64,000 nt of DNA from Methanobacteriota archaeon (GCA_963769885.1 CAVYNH010000001.1:4071-68070); one strand, 5' to 3'; positions 20,305 to 30,684 are shown, counted from the first letter of the stretch. Translations and numbers: made by a program. Notes: generated by a model not told the origin, from the letters alone.

Positions 20305-21639
20305 CTACGGTTGACACGACGGGCCGCTCATATACAGAGGGATCTTTTCAACCGCAGCCGCACGCTTCCGCTGGATATCCGCCAACAGCTGATCCAGCAG
20401 CTCCGCCGCCCGCTTCTTACATGCCCCGCACAACAACGTCCCCTTCTTGCAGGACTCATGCAGCGCCGCGAGCTCCGCATCGCTCTCCAGCAGATGATAC
20501 AAGAACAACTCGTAGATGATGCACTCCTCTGGCTTCCCGCCAGTCCGCATCTGCTCCTCCTTCGTCGCCGCACCGCCCGTCTTCGCATTCAACAGCTTCT
20601 TGCGCGCCTCCGCCGGCGAGTCGGTCAGGAAAATCGAGCTCTCCGGCTTCGACGACGACATCTTCTCTCCAGTCAACCCCGTGATGAACCGATGGTACGT
20701 CGACGACGGCTGTAAAAACCCATACCCGCCGAACGCAGGCTCCGCCACCGCCAACCGAGCATCAATCCGACCCAGATCAGACTCAGAGGCATCCTCAATA
20801 TAGATCGCCTTATACTCCGTAATACGCCGCAGACGACGAAACCCTAGCTCCTTCAACACCCGCTCCGCGACATCCAACAACTCAACGACACACTCATCGA
20901 CCTTCACAAAGACGCCAATACGCTCATCCTTCGTCTTCATCACGTTAAACAACCGGAAATCCTGCGCGATATCACGACACAGCCGGATATGAGGATCCTG
21001 ATCAACCCCAACCGGCACCAGCGTCGGCCGGATCCCGCCATACTGCGGCAACTGCACATGCAAAATATCCCCCGCTTGAACCAACGGAGAAAACACATGC
21101 GCCAGGTTCGTGCCACCATCAAACCCATACGTCGCCACCATTTGCGACCAGTTCACCTTCCGGCCCAAGAGATAGGCGAGGTCCTTGACATCCTCGTTCT
21201 TCGACTGGAAATAGATCCGGCAACGCTCCGGCTTCAACCCAAGCGCGATGTAGTTGATGATATACTCATTAATAGCCATGTCCTTCGTTTGGTCTAGCGT
21301 CATTCCCCGGGTAGCATAGGCTTCGATATCCGCGACCGCAATCGCAATATCGGCCCCGATGCTCTGATAATAGATGACTTCGTCGATGACCATCTTATGG
21401 CCGAGGTGCATCCGCCCCGACGGCATCAGCCCGGTGAGGATCGCCCAGGGCTTCTTGGCAAGGATCGCTTCATGAATCTGATTGAACCCCCGCTGGCCGA
21501 AGACAACGCCACGGCGGAGCAGGCGGTGCGGCGACGGGAGGTCCTTCCAGCAGTCCTCAGTGAAGGCTTGAATACCGAATTCGTCACGCAACCGAGCATA
21601 GTCTTGATAGGAACGGGAACTCCACGGATCGATCTTCAT
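20305..21639 (-). CDS. trpS: tryptophan--tRNA ligase (archaeal/eukaryotic type)
   Basis: The N-terminus is DPWSS..YQDYARLRDEFGI. The HIGH-like motif is MHLGH and the KMSKS-like motif is KMSSSKP. Confidence 0.85.
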   Translation of the reverse strand: MKIDPWSSRSYQDYARLRDEFGIQAFTEDCWKDLPSPHRLLRRGVVFGQRGFNQIHEAILAKKPWAILTGLMPSGRMHLGHKMVIDEVIYYQSIGADIAIAVADIEAYATRGMTLDQTKDMAINEYIINYIALGLKPERCRIYFQSKNEDVKDLAYLLGRKVNWSQMVATYGFDGGTNLAHVFSPLVQAGDILHVQLPQYGGIRPTLVPVGVDQDPHIRLCRDIAQDFRLFNVMKTKDERIGVFVKVDECVVELLDVAERVLKELGFRRLRRITEYKAIYIEDASESDLGRIDARLAVAEPAFGGYGFLQPSSTYHRFITGLTGEKMSSSKPESSIFLTDSPAEARKKLLNAKTGGAATKEEQMRTGGKPEECIIYELFLYHLLESDAELAALHESCKKGTLLCGACKKRAAELLDQLLADIQRKRAAAVEKIPLYMSGPSCQP

Positions 21640-21707
21640 CTCCCCGGCTATCTCGTCAACGTGATAAAAAACTTCCCCCTAAAAAAAGAGGAGAAGGCCG
21701 GGGGGAC

Positions 21708-24700
21708 TTAGCGCTTCCGCCGGCGAAGCACCACGGCGATGATGACGATGACGAGGACCGCGATAATCCCGATGATCGCCAGCACCATCGTCTGGGAGAA
21801 GAACGAGGCCTGCTGCCGGACGTTGGGATGGTCCGATGCGCCGAATGGCGCGTGACCCGCGACGGAAAACCCTTCTTGCGGCGCATAGATCAAGGGTTCG
21901 ACGTCGCCTGGCTCCCAGTGATTCAGGGTGCTGAACGTGGTCCCGGGTACCCAGGTGCGCAGGTTGGGGTCGCCATAGAGGCAGACATTCTCCTCAAGGT
22001 CCCACCACCATACCGGCGGGTCGGAGATGTACTGGATGCCGACTTTCTTGATGCCCGCCTCGTAGATCTGGCCCATGGTCATGCCGAGGGCGATGCCGCG
22101 GGGCACGGAGTTCTGCCAGACGCCGGAATACCACGAGGTCGCCCAGGGATCCATGATTTGGACCACCGACCCATGCCGCATAAGGGAGATGTGGAGGTAT
22201 TTGCCGGCGGGTAGGCAAGCGACACTGCTGATGCTGACCGAGTGAATGTTTCCGAGCGAATCATCAACATTACTTCCATTGTAATAGGCGGTTCCCATGC
22301 GGGTGGCAAGCAGTGAGATGACAATGCCATCGTAATAATCCTGGGTGTCTTGGAACCATTTTGGGGTGATGAGGCGTAGGATCGGCAGGCTGGCGATGTT
22401 ACCCAGGATATCTCGGAGAGGGTGTTTGGCGAGCGCCAGATCCAAACCTGTTTTGATGAATCCGATGCGGGGATCCGGATTCCCAAGCATGGTGGCGATG
22501 AGGCCGTGGACCTGCATGGTCATGGTGTCCGGCTCCGTGGTGGATCCCATGAGCCATTCGTAGCCCCGCCAGGGGTTGACCTCCTTGGTTTCTGCAGCGA
22601 ACGGGAACGTCTTTTTGGCGTCAGGGTTCTGACCGGTGGGGTCCCAGAACATGAGGACGCCGCCGTCGCGTGGTCCGCCGTGGGTGTTGATGAGCCAGAG
22701 GAGGATGCCTTGGTTGAGGTTGTTCATGTTGGCGTCGAAGTTGGTGGAGTAGACAGGGGAGTACCCGCCCTGGTCGAGGTAAAAGGTCTGGACCTCGGCG
22801 GCGCTCATATCAGGCAGGTAAGCGCCGGTTTGTCCGTTGACCGCTAGCATGTCCCCGGAGTCGATAGGGTTGAAGGATGCGGTCTGGCCAGGGATGTCCC
22901 CGTCGGCGCATTTGTACGTGAAGCCCCAGTAATTGCTCGCCCGGCTGTTGAATTTTTCTTCGTAGCAGATGAGGGTGTTCAGGGCGGGGTAGTGCAGGGT
23001 GACGTCCCCGGAGGGTCTGATGATTTTTAATCCGAGTTTTCCGCGCCAGGGGAACTGGCGTTTGCTGATGCTACCGTTGGTGAGGGTGACGCCGTCAGGG
23101 TTTTTAATACCAGGGTTTTGGAAGACGATCTGGGGGTAGAAGACGGTTTTTGCGAGCCAGACTGACAAGTCGGTTGGAGACCCGAAGAAGCGGCCGGGCT
23201 CGGCTTTGCCGACGAACATTCGGTCCCAGGAGAAGCCGATGTTGTATTGTCCGCCGACGGTGATGAGGATTTCGTCGCCTTGTTTGTCATAGTCGAGTTG
23301 TTTGAGGTAGGAGTAGACGCGGGTTCCGGTGAGGTACATCTCGGCGACCGCGGGTTCTTTGCTGATGCCGTCGGAGTGACGTCGCCAGAGTTCGTTGTGG
23401 TAGATGACGGCGGAGGAGAACTGGGGGTGGTTTTCGACGATGAGGACGGGGCTGCCGTGTTGGGCGGCGATATAGGCGGCTGGTCCGACAGCGATTTCAC
23501 CCTCTATGGGGGCTCCGGGGTGGAAGGTGGCGTTGTCCATGGTCCAGTAGTTCACGGTGGAGAAGATGACGTCGTTTTGGCCTGAGAGGGATCGGATGGT
23601 GGTGTTGATGTCGTTGAAGGTGGTGAGGTAGTGGGTGTCGGTGATGCCGTCGGTGAGGGTGGTCTTGGTGGTGCTCTTCATTGTGTTGTGGAGGTCGACG
23701 ACGTAGAGGTGTGTCGTGCCGAGGGTGGCGAGGGTGCTGGTCGTGGTCTTCGGGGTGGATGCAGTGGAGGTGTAGAGGAGCGGGGCGTTGAGGAGGGAGG
23801 CGAGGACGGCGGCGTTGGCGGCGGAGTCGAGGCTGTCGCCGTAGCTGCGGGTCATGTTTTGCTTCCAGGAATAGTCGATGGTGAAGGGGGTGTCGCTGGT
23901 GAGGGGTGTTTCGGTGTAGACGCAGAGGCTGTAGTGTTCGCCGGGGAGGCATTCGCCGAGGCCGGTGAGGTGCATGTCGGTGCTGGTGCCGTCGGGGAGG
24001 GGGATGGCGCAGGCTCCCTCGGGTGTGGGGCAGGTGGTGGAGACGCCGGCTTCGCGGGTGGAGAGGATTTCTTCGCCGCTGGGGCCGATGAGGCTGAAGC
24101 CGAGGTCGACGCTGGGGTCGTTCCAGTGGAGGGTGATGGTGGCGTCTTGGCATCCGTAGGGGGGGAGGTCGGGGATGGTGAGGGTGGTGCCGGGGTACAT
24201 GTTGACGTCGATTTGGTAGGTGACTTTGTGGAGGTTTTGGAGGACTTCGAGGAGTCTGCCGTAGCGGCCGAAGTGGAGGAAGAGGAGGTTGCGGGTTTTT
24301 TCGATGGGGGTGTTTTGGAAGTTGGTTGGGGTTTGGTCGGAGAGGGTCTTGGTGGGGGCGTCGGTGAGGGCGACGCTCCATTTGCCGGGGTTGTAGACGT
24401 AGGTGGAGACGTAGTCTTTGTCCATGCCTTCCATGGCGTTCCAGGCGGCGACGATGCCGGCCATCATCCATTGGCCGTCTTTTTCGCAGTAGACTTGGAG
24501 GTCGCGGTCGCCGGCGGGGATGCTCATGTTGATGATGCCTTGGAAGCCGCCGCGTCCGATGTTGATGTAGACGCTGGGGTACCAGGAGCGGATGTAGAGC
24601 ATTTTGTAGCCGTCGGGGACGGTGAATTCGTTGTAGATGGGGTAGATCTCGTTGGTCTGGGGGACTTCGAAGTGTTGGGTGAGGGTGCCGCGTTGGGTGG

Positions 24701-25301
24701 TGACGGTGCCGTTGAGGGTGCCGTGGGTCTCGTTGCCGGTGGTGGGGAGGGTGGGGTCGATGGCGGCGACGACGGCGGTGTCGGCGTAGGCCCAGTCGGC
24801 GAGGGCGAGTTGGCTGGCGATGGTGGCGGGGTCGGTGCTGGTGATGGTGGTGAGGGTGTGGGTGTTCCAGTCGGGGTTGAGGCTGTCTTGTGGGACGTTG
24901 ATGGCGGTGAGGGTGTCGAGTTGGCCGTCGCAGTAGGCCATCCAGTCTTGCATGAAGTAGTCGATGCCTTGGCGGGTGTTGAGGAAGCGGTCGTCGAGGC
25001 TGGTGCCGGGGTGTGGGTCTTCGTAGAAGAGGAGGGGGTTGGTGTAGATGGTTTTGGTGGTTTTGTCGTAGAAGACGGCGGTGGGGACGGCGGCGAGGTA
25101 GGCGTAGTCGTCGATGAGGCTGTGTTCTTGTTGGGCGACGAAGGTGACTTTTTTAAGGGGGACGTAGGGCTGCCAGGTGACGCCGCGGGTGGAGGGTTGG
25201 GTGGTGTTGGCGGCGGTGGTGAGGGGGGCGGCGGTGGTGAGGAGGCAGAGGATGGTGGTGATAAGGAGTAAACTGTGGGTGACGGGCTTGTGGTGTGGCA
25301 T
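21708..25301 (-). CDS. large secreted surface protein, C-terminal TM anchor (function unknown)
   Basis: 1197 aa with an N-terminal signal-like segment and the C-terminal anchor ..VLAIIGIIAVLVIVIIAVVLRRRKR. N-x-S/T sequons are frequent. Confidence 0.8.
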   Translation of the reverse strand: MPHHKPVTHSLLLITTILCLLTTAAPLTTAANTTQPSTRGVTWQPYVPLKKVTFVAQQEHSLIDDYAYLAAVPTAVFYDKTTKTIYTNPLLFYEDPHPGTSLDDRFLNTRQGIDYFMQDWMAYCDGQLDTLTAINVPQDSLNPDWNTHTLTTITSTDPATIASQLALADWAYADTAVVAAIDPTLPTTGNETHGTLNGTVTTQRGTLTQHFEVPQTNEIYPIYNEFTVPDGYKMLYIRSWYPSVYINIGRGGFQGIINMSIPAGDRDLQVYCEKDGQWMMAGIVAAWNAMEGMDKDYVSTYVYNPGKWSVALTDAPTKTLSDQTPTNFQNTPIEKTRNLLFLHFGRYGRLLEVLQNLHKVTYQIDVNMYPGTTLTIPDLPPYGCQDATITLHWNDPSVDLGFSLIGPSGEEILSTREAGVSTTCPTPEGACAIPLPDGTSTDMHLTGLGECLPGEHYSLCVYTETPLTSDTPFTIDYSWKQNMTRSYGDSLDSAANAAVLASLLNAPLLYTSTASTPKTTTSTLATLGTTHLYVVDLHNTMKSTTKTTLTDGITDTHYLTTFNDINTTIRSLSGQNDVIFSTVNYWTMDNATFHPGAPIEGEIAVGPAAYIAAQHGSPVLIVENHPQFSSAVIYHNELWRRHSDGISKEPAVAEMYLTGTRVYSYLKQLDYDKQGDEILITVGGQYNIGFSWDRMFVGKAEPGRFFGSPTDLSVWLAKTVFYPQIVFQNPGIKNPDGVTLTNGSISKRQFPWRGKLGLKIIRPSGDVTLHYPALNTLICYEEKFNSRASNYWGFTYKCADGDIPGQTASFNPIDSGDMLAVNGQTGAYLPDMSAAEVQTFYLDQGGYSPVYSTNFDANMNNLNQGILLWLINTHGGPRDGGVLMFWDPTGQNPDAKKTFPFAAETKEVNPWRGYEWLMGSTTEPDTMTMQVHGLIATMLGNPDPRIGFIKTGLDLALAKHPLRDILGNIASLPILRLITPKWFQDTQDYYDGIVISLLATRMGTAYYNGSNVDDSLGNIHSVSISSVACLPAGKYLHISLMRHGSVVQIMDPWATSWYSGVWQNSVPRGIALGMTMGQIYEAGIKKVGIQYISDPPVWWWDLEENVCLYGDPNLRTWVPGTTFSTLNHWEPGDVEPLIYAPQEGFSVAGHAPFGASDHPNVRQQASFFSQTMVLAIIGIIAVLVIVIIAVVLRRRKR

Positions 25302-25535
25302 TTTCTCCCCCAGGGGTTCTTTAGGAGTATATGGGCGTAGGGGTTTATTAATATTTTTTTATATGTATAAATGGATTGGGATTGGGGTGCCTCTGGGGGT
25401 GGTGGTGGTGTCCGGTTTTGGGTGTGGCTTGGCGGCTGTTGTGTTTCTCTTTTTTCTTTTTGGTGAAATGATATCTTTATATCCCCCGTGGGTATTCGTA
25501 CCGGGTGTCTTTATGCGTGGGAGACATTGCACCCT

Positions 25536-25668
25536 TATGACTGAGCATTGTGCGATTTGCGGGGGCGAGATTAGCTCTGTGGACGACCGGGGGATCTGCC
25601 ATCTCTGCAAGCTGTCGATTATTTTCAACGAGGACACGTTTCCGGAGATCGAGGACTGCGCGTCCTGA
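25536..25668 (+). CDS. small zinc-ribbon protein (putative)
   Basis: MTEHCAICGGEISSVDDRGICHLCK.. has two CxxC pairs and host-like codon bias. Confidence 0.3.
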
Positions 25669-25734
25669 TTTTTCTTTCAGCGGGGAAACCCTCTTATAAC
25701 GCGGTGCTTTTCTCTGGCGGGGTTCAGGAGTGGT

Positions 25735-26643
25735 ATGAATCCGGAGTTGCGTTCGCTGCTGGGTCGTCAGCATTACGCGGTGGTCGGCGGGCATTCCGCG
25801 GTGAAGCTGTGCCATTGGACGAAGGAGAGCATCCTGCGGGGGCGGTCGTGCTACAAGCAGGATTTTTATGGGATTGCGTCGCATCGGTGTCTGCAGATGT
25901 CGCCGGCGGTGTCCGCGTGCACGCAGATGTGCCTGTTCTGCTGGCGGATCCAGACGTTCACCGAACAAGCGGTGGCGGCGCCGGATGACCCCGAGGCGAT
26001 CCTGGAGGGGTCTCTCCGTGCGCAGCAGAAGCTGCTCACCGGGTACAAGGGGGATCCGCGGACGGACCCGGAGAAGTTCGTGGAGGCGCAGCGGCCGACC
26101 ATGGTCGCCTGCTCGCTTTCTGGGGAGCCGACGCTGTATCCAAGGCTGGGGGAGCTGTTCGAGGCGTGCCATCGCCGTGAGATGACCACGTTCTTGGTCA
26201 CAAATGGGACGCAGCCGACGGTATTGGCGCGGCTTGATCCCTTGCCGAGGCAGCTGTATCTCTCCGTCGTGGCTCCGACTGAGGACGTATATAAGAAGTT
26301 ATGCGCGCCGTTGATTCCAGATGGTTGGGCGCGGATCCAGGAGACGCTGGCGGTGCTGCCGTCGCTGGGGACGCGGACGGTGGTGCGACATACGCTGGTG
26401 AAAGGCTGGAACATGGATCCCGGGATGGTCCCAGCGTATGCCCGGATGATCGCTGCGGCGCAGCCGGAGTTCGTCGAGGCGAAGGGCTTCGTCTTCGTCG
26501 GGTCCTCCCGCGGGCGGATGCATTTTGACGCGATGCCGTCGCATGAGGACGTCCAGCGGTTCGCGGCGGCGCTCGCCGAGGCGACCGGCTACAAGGTGAC
26601 GAAGGAGAAGCCTGACTCCCTCGTGGTTTTACTACAGAGGTAG
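25735..26643 (+). CDS. taw1: 4-demethylwyosine synthase Taw1 (radical SAM, TYW1 homologue)
   Basis: Contains ..CYKQDFYGIASHRCLQMSP and the radical-SAM motif CTQMCLFC. Confidence 0.85.
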   Translation: MNPELRSLLGRQHYAVVGGHSAVKLCHWTKESILRGRSCYKQDFYGIASHRCLQMSPAVSACTQMCLFCWRIQTFTEQAVAAPDDPEAILEGSLRAQQKLLTGYKGDPRTDPEKFVEAQRPTMVACSLSGEPTLYPRLGELFEACHRREMTTFLVTNGTQPTVLARLDPLPRQLYLSVVAPTEDVYKKLCAPLIPDGWARIQETLAVLPSLGTRTVVRHTLVKGWNMDPGMVPAYARMIAAAQPEFVEAKGFVFVGSSRGRMHFDAMPSHEDVQRFAAALAEATGYKVTKEKPDSLVVLLQR

Positions 26644-26677
26644 AAGGAAAAGAGAAAAAAAGGGTGAAAGGCGGTGT

Positions 26678-27037
26678 TTATCCTTTCAGTTTGCGGCGTT
26701 CGACTTTCACGCCGGCAGGTGAGACGACCATGAGGTTCTGGCCGATGCCGGCGATGTCGCCGCCGATGTCGTCGGTGATCCGTTTCAGCTCGTTGGTGAC
26801 GCGTTTCAGTAGCATCTCTTCATCGGCGATGGCGGTGAAGTCGAGGACGAGCACGTTGCCGCCGTAGACGTAGTCGGTGAGCTTGCGGAGGTCCTCGTAC
26901 CGCAGGATCTCTCCGACGGCGACATACATCCGTGCCCCCTGGGCGGTACCCGTGGTGTCCATGTATTTCTCCAGGTCGATGTACCCTTCGGTTGTACCTG
27001 TTTTTTTCTCGCCAAAAATCTTACCTGTCAATCCCAT
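26678..27037 (-). CDS. sepF: cell division protein SepF (archaeal)
   Basis: 119 aa with ..YEDLRKLTDYVYGGNVLVLDFTAIADEE..DIGGDIAGIG.. (DUF552/SepF pattern). Confidence 0.8.
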   Translation of the reverse strand: MGLTGKIFGEKKTGTTEGYIDLEKYMDTTGTAQGARMYVAVGEILRYEDLRKLTDYVYGGNVLVLDFTAIADEEMLLKRVTNELKRITDDIGGDIAGIGQNLMVVSPAGVKVERRKLKG

Positions 27038-27390
27038 AGTGCCATTCTCCTGTAATAAAGTCGGTATGCTAAAATAATTATCGCCTTATAAAGTCATCGC
27101 AACTGTTTGTTTATTAGAGATACCGACCCATCCACGAAATCTTATGAGCGCATGTCTGTTTAACTATTTTTGCTCCGTGAATAATCATCCACCAGATTAG
27201 ATGATAACTTATTTAACACCATTTATTGGGCTTCGACTGAGATGGTCTACTGCCCCCCCTCAATTTTTGCAAATTTCTTTACATAAACTAATTTTTTTCG
27301 CTTCGGGTTTTTTTTTATGATTATTATCCCTTAAGATAGAAAAATTAAAATATCTATTCACTCTTTTACAAGTCAGAGAGGGAGAATAAG

Positions 27391-28347
27391 ATGAACAAGG
27401 AAACAAAATATCTAATATTAATCATAACTTTATCATGCTTGGTTCTCACTGCAGGACCGTGCATCGCCGTCACAGGCTCGACCCAAAACGCAAGGATTCA
27501 AATGCCAGTACCAATAGTCCCAACATCGAAAACGTCTGGAAATGGTCTTGTCGATTACTGGAGCTTCGATGAGGGCTCCGGCAGCATCGCCCATGACTCA
27601 GTCGCAGGTAACGACGGCCAAATCCACTCGTGCAACTGGGTAGCCGGCCACTCGGGAACCGCCCTGGAATTTCCTTATACTGATAGTTGGGTTGTACTCC
27701 CGGGCAGTTTTGATAGCCAGATCACGACCTTCGTCTCTATCGACGCCTGGATTTATTGGTACGGCCATGGGACATTTCCCTACTCTCATATCATCTTCGA
27801 CACTCGAAGAGGCGGGTTTACTGGCGGCTACGTATTCTTCATCTGGCCTGACGGCATTCTCCGGTTCTACAACGACTTCAAGCCTGAGCAACACATCAAC
27901 AGCTCGGCACCGATACCAATCAACGTATGGACCCACGTCCGTATCGATTTCAATGATGCAACCGATACGATGCAGTTGTTTATCAACGATAAGCTTGATA
28001 CGACCGCGACAACAACGTACCCCCTGTTAAGTAATGATTATGGGGCTCTGATTGGGAATAATGTCTACTATGAACCGGCACCGTTTAACGGCATCATCGA
28101 TGAGGTGAAGATCTACAATTCGCGGCCAACCCCTCACAACCTGTTCCTGCTAGGCAGAATTACGAACAAGACCTCGGACAACTCCACCGTCACTTTCAAT
28201 GCGAAGTCGCTGATCGTCTGGGACAAGAACGAATCGATTATCATGAAGCTTAAATCAGGCGAGCAGATAGTCGTCCTGAAGGATTATCGGGGGTTTATCG
28301 GGAAACGGTTTGTCATCGGTAAGTTCATGGGTTACGTGAATTCCTAA
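27391..28347 (+). CDS. secreted LamG/concanavalin-like domain protein
   Basis: It has a signal peptide. The LamG-like jelly-roll pattern is ..LVDYWSFDEGSGSIAHDS..GN.G....W..G..G.AL.F...W.H....D. GC content is lower than in its neighbours. Confidence 0.65.
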   Translation: MNKETKYLILIITLSCLVLTAGPCIAVTGSTQNARIQMPVPIVPTSKTSGNGLVDYWSFDEGSGSIAHDSVAGNDGQIHSCNWVAGHSGTALEFPYTDSWVVLPGSFDSQITTFVSIDAWIYWYGHGTFPYSHIIFDTRRGGFTGGYVFFIWPDGILRFYNDFKPEQHINSSAPIPINVWTHVRIDFNDATDTMQLFINDKLDTTATTTYPLLSNDYGALIGNNVYYEPAPFNGIIDEVKIYNSRPTPHNLFLLGRITNKTSDNSTVTFNAKSLIVWDKNESIIMKLKSGEQIVVLKDYRGFIGKRFVIGKFMGYVNS

Positions 28348-28515
28348 AAATAACCCAAGATGACCGGGGCGGTTCTTCGTATCCTCGATTAATCGCCTCG
28401 GCCTTTCATTTATCATTTTCTATACTATTTTGTTGATTGGAAATTTGGTCTTATAAACATTTGGAGCAGGTGCAGATGCGGCCTGCGCTGCCGACGAATT
28501 GGCATGGTTCTTCTT

Positions 28516-29018
28516 CTATTGATGCGTGAGCATCCAGAGGTGGTCGCCGACGTAATGCAGCGTCTTGATTGCTTTCCCGGCCTTTGAGGCGGTCATCGCC
28601 TCCCCGGAGACGAGCGCGATACCGACGGCGAGGGGCTTGCGGTGCATCTCGTCGCAGACCCAAACCTCGTCCCCCTCCTGGATTTCAGGGTCCGCGGACA
28701 CGATTCCCGGGGCCATGACGTCCGCGCCGTTGCTAATGAACCGGATGGCGCCCATGTCGACGGTCACACAACGCCCCGGCGGCTTGTACTTGTCAATGCC
28801 GACCAGGGTCATGACCTCACGGTCGTTCCAGCGGAAAAAGTCGACCTCGTCATAGACGAGGATGACCGTGTATTCTTCAAGCGTCCCGGTGTCCACGGTC
28901 GCCGTCTCCGGGAACAGGTCGGTCTTGTACCTGCGCCCGCAGTCGAACAAGGAGATCCCGGACTTCTTTCTGCTTCAGACGATGCTGGTTCTTGACGTTC
29001 CTCGCCATACTCCTCTGT
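28516..29018 (-). CDS. PUA-domain RNA-binding protein with an apparent +1 frame break near 28930
   Basis: The PUA core is ..DMGAIRFISNGADVMAPGIVSADPEIQEGDEVWV.. The expected N-terminus MARNVKNQHRLKQKEVRDLLVRLRAQ starts at 29018 but is in another frame. Removing one G from cagGtac would join the two. Confidence 0.7.
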
Positions 29019-29118
29019 CGCTAACCCACCATGCATTTTTAAGACTTGCCGAAACCCTGAACAGGTGACCAAACTCTTATAAATCACACCTGTATTTCGT
29101 CCATCCTAGGTAATCCCC

Positions 29119-29337
29119 ATGGTGGAGAAACCGTTGAAACTGTTGCACGCCAGCCTCAACAACCGCGTCATCGTCGAACTCCGAGGTGGCGTCCAGTACC
29201 AAGGCGTGCTCGACGGCTACGACGTCCCCCATATGAATCTGGTGCTGAAGAATGCGGACGAGCAGATAAAAGAGAAAAAGACCAAGCATGAGAGGGTCAT
29301 CGTCCGGGGGGACAATATCATTTATATATCTCCATAG
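29119..29337 (+). CDS. Sm-like archaeal protein (SmAP/LSm)
   Basis: 72 aa with ..VIVELRGGVQYQGVLDGYDVPHMNLVL..VIVRGDNIIYI. Confidence 0.9.
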   Translation: MVEKPLKLLHASLNNRVIVELRGGVQYQGVLDGYDVPHMNLVLKNADEQIKEKKTKHERVIVRGDNIIYISP

Positions 29338-29354
29338 GATAGGGGGTAGCCACT

Positions 29355-29519
29355 ATGACGAAGGGAACCACGTGCCGATCCGGGGGACACCGGTCGCATA
29401 CGATCTGCCGCCGCTGCGGGCATCATTCTTTTCACCTGCAGAAGCGGCGCTGCGCGTTTTGCGGGTTCGGCGAGACCGCGAAGATCCGACGCTACAACTG
29501 GACGCGACGCAAAGTTTGA
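29355..29519 (+). CDS. rpl37e: 50S ribosomal protein L37e
   Basis: Hand translation gives MTKGTTCRSGGHRSHTICRRCGHHSFHLQKRRCAFCGFGETAKIRRYNWTRRKV (54 aa, absent from the ORF track). It has a C4 zinc ribbon. The Sm-L37e gene pair is conserved in archaea. Confidence 0.85.
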   Translation: MTKGTTCRSGGHRSHTICRRCGHHSFHLQKRRCAFCGFGETAKIRRYNWTRRKV

Positions 29520-29702
29520 ATCATCCGTCTTTTCTTGCTAGGAATAGGGCGTTGTCTCAAAACTCAAAGGTTCCTCCTGAAGCCACTTCAAGACGAGAAA
29601 AACGATCTCGGGGGACGGCTGAATACTTTTGAGACAAAGCCGGGGAATAGTTTCACCCACCCCCTCTTGATGTTTTTAAAGCGGGAGCCTGTTCACATTG
29701 GT

Positions 29703-29831
29703 ATGGCAACCCGTGCATGCCCCCGCTGCGGCCAGGCCATTGACGTGCAATTCCCGATCCGCCACTACATCTGTCGGGACTGCCGACGCTCTCTGTATCC
29801 GTGGCTCTCGACCCAGAAAACAGGATTATAA
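29703..29831 (+). CDS. small zinc-ribbon protein (putative)
   Basis: MATRACPRCGQAIDVQFPIRHYICRDCRRSLYPWLSTQKTGL has CxxC...CxxC. Confidence 0.3.
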   Translation: MATRACPRCGQAIDVQFPIRHYICRDCRRSLYPWLSTQKTGL

Positions 29832-29860
29832 GGGGAGAACGATTTCACTGTCACTGTCGT

Positions 29861-30598
29861 ATGTGCTACAGTCTCGCAGTCCTCAGTCCGAAGGAGATGA
29901 TCCGGGCGCGATTCAACGTCACTCTTCCCCCGGACGAGCCCCATCCGCAGTACTATTATGTTTCCGCGTTCGACTACCCGCGGCTGCCGGTCATCACCAG
30001 CGCGTCGCCGCAGACTCTGTCCTATTTTCAGTGGGGGCTGATTCCGTCCTGGGTGAAGACCACGCAGGAGGCGGAGACCGTGCGGAAGAAGACGATGAAC
30101 GCCCGTGCAGAGAGCATCTATGAGAAGCCCGCCTTCCGCCGGGCGGCCGCGTCGCAGCACTGCCTGGTTGTCGCGGACGGGTTCTTCGAGTGGCAGGAGG
30201 TCAATGGGCGCAAATACCCGTATTTCGTCCGGTTGAAGACCAAGGAGCCGTTCGCCCTGGCCGGCCTCTGGGATTCCTGGGCTGACCCATCGACACGCCA
30301 GCAGCTGTGTACGGTGAGCGTCGTGACGTGTCCGGCGAGCCCGTTGCTGGCGGTGATTCATAACACGGCGAAGCGCATGCCGGTGCTGTTGCCCCCGGCG
30401 GTGGAGCGGCGGTGGATCGACCCGCGGCTGCCGATGTCGGAGGCCCAGGCGCTGCTCGTGCCGTGTACCGACGAGATCTTGGAGGCGTTCACGGTCGCGA
30501 AGATTCCGACTGGCAGCAGGGACGCGAACCGGCCGGAGACGATTGCGCCGCATCGCTACGCGGAGCTATCCTCGCGAGGTCAGTCCTCGCTGTTTTGA
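29861..30598 (+). CDS. SOS response-associated peptidase (SRAP/YedK family)
   Basis: The start was reassigned to MCYS.. because Cys2 is catalytic in SRAP proteins. It also has ..DGFFEWQ.. and ..LAGLWD.. motifs. Confidence 0.8.
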   Translation: MCYSLAVLSPKEMIRARFNVTLPPDEPHPQYYYVSAFDYPRLPVITSASPQTLSYFQWGLIPSWVKTTQEAETVRKKTMNARAESIYEKPAFRRAAASQHCLVVADGFFEWQEVNGRKYPYFVRLKTKEPFALAGLWDSWADPSTRQQLCTVSVVTCPASPLLAVIHNTAKRMPVLLPPAVERRWIDPRLPMSEAQALLVPCTDEILEAFTVAKIPTGSRDANRPETIAPHRYAELSSRGQSSLF

Positions 30599-30684
30599 AC
30601 ATCTTTGGTTAGCGAAACCCGTATATAGGTCGAGCTAATTAATGGGCCCCAACATAAAGCAGAAACCCCTTTGAGGTAGCAACG

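Noticed and set aside
23497-25271. 546-aa (+) and 324-aa (-) ORFs inside the 1197-aa surface protein gene
   Set aside because: Their translations are G/E/V-rich or R/P/H-rich low-complexity strings typical of off-frame reading of GC-rich genes.
21708-25301. Calling the 1197-aa protein a third C25-like peptidase
   Set aside because: Candidate His (NTHGG) and Cys (VACLPAG) residues are about 150 aa apart, against about 30-40 aa in the two clear C25-like proteins. No YxxIIT-type motif is present. It is left as function unknown.
27040-27390. AT-rich intergenic region upstream of the LamG gene as a possible RNA gene or repeat array
   Set aside because: I could find no internal repeats, no tRNA-like structure and no similarity to other parts of the window. 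It is probably a promoter or spacer region of a laterally acquired gene.
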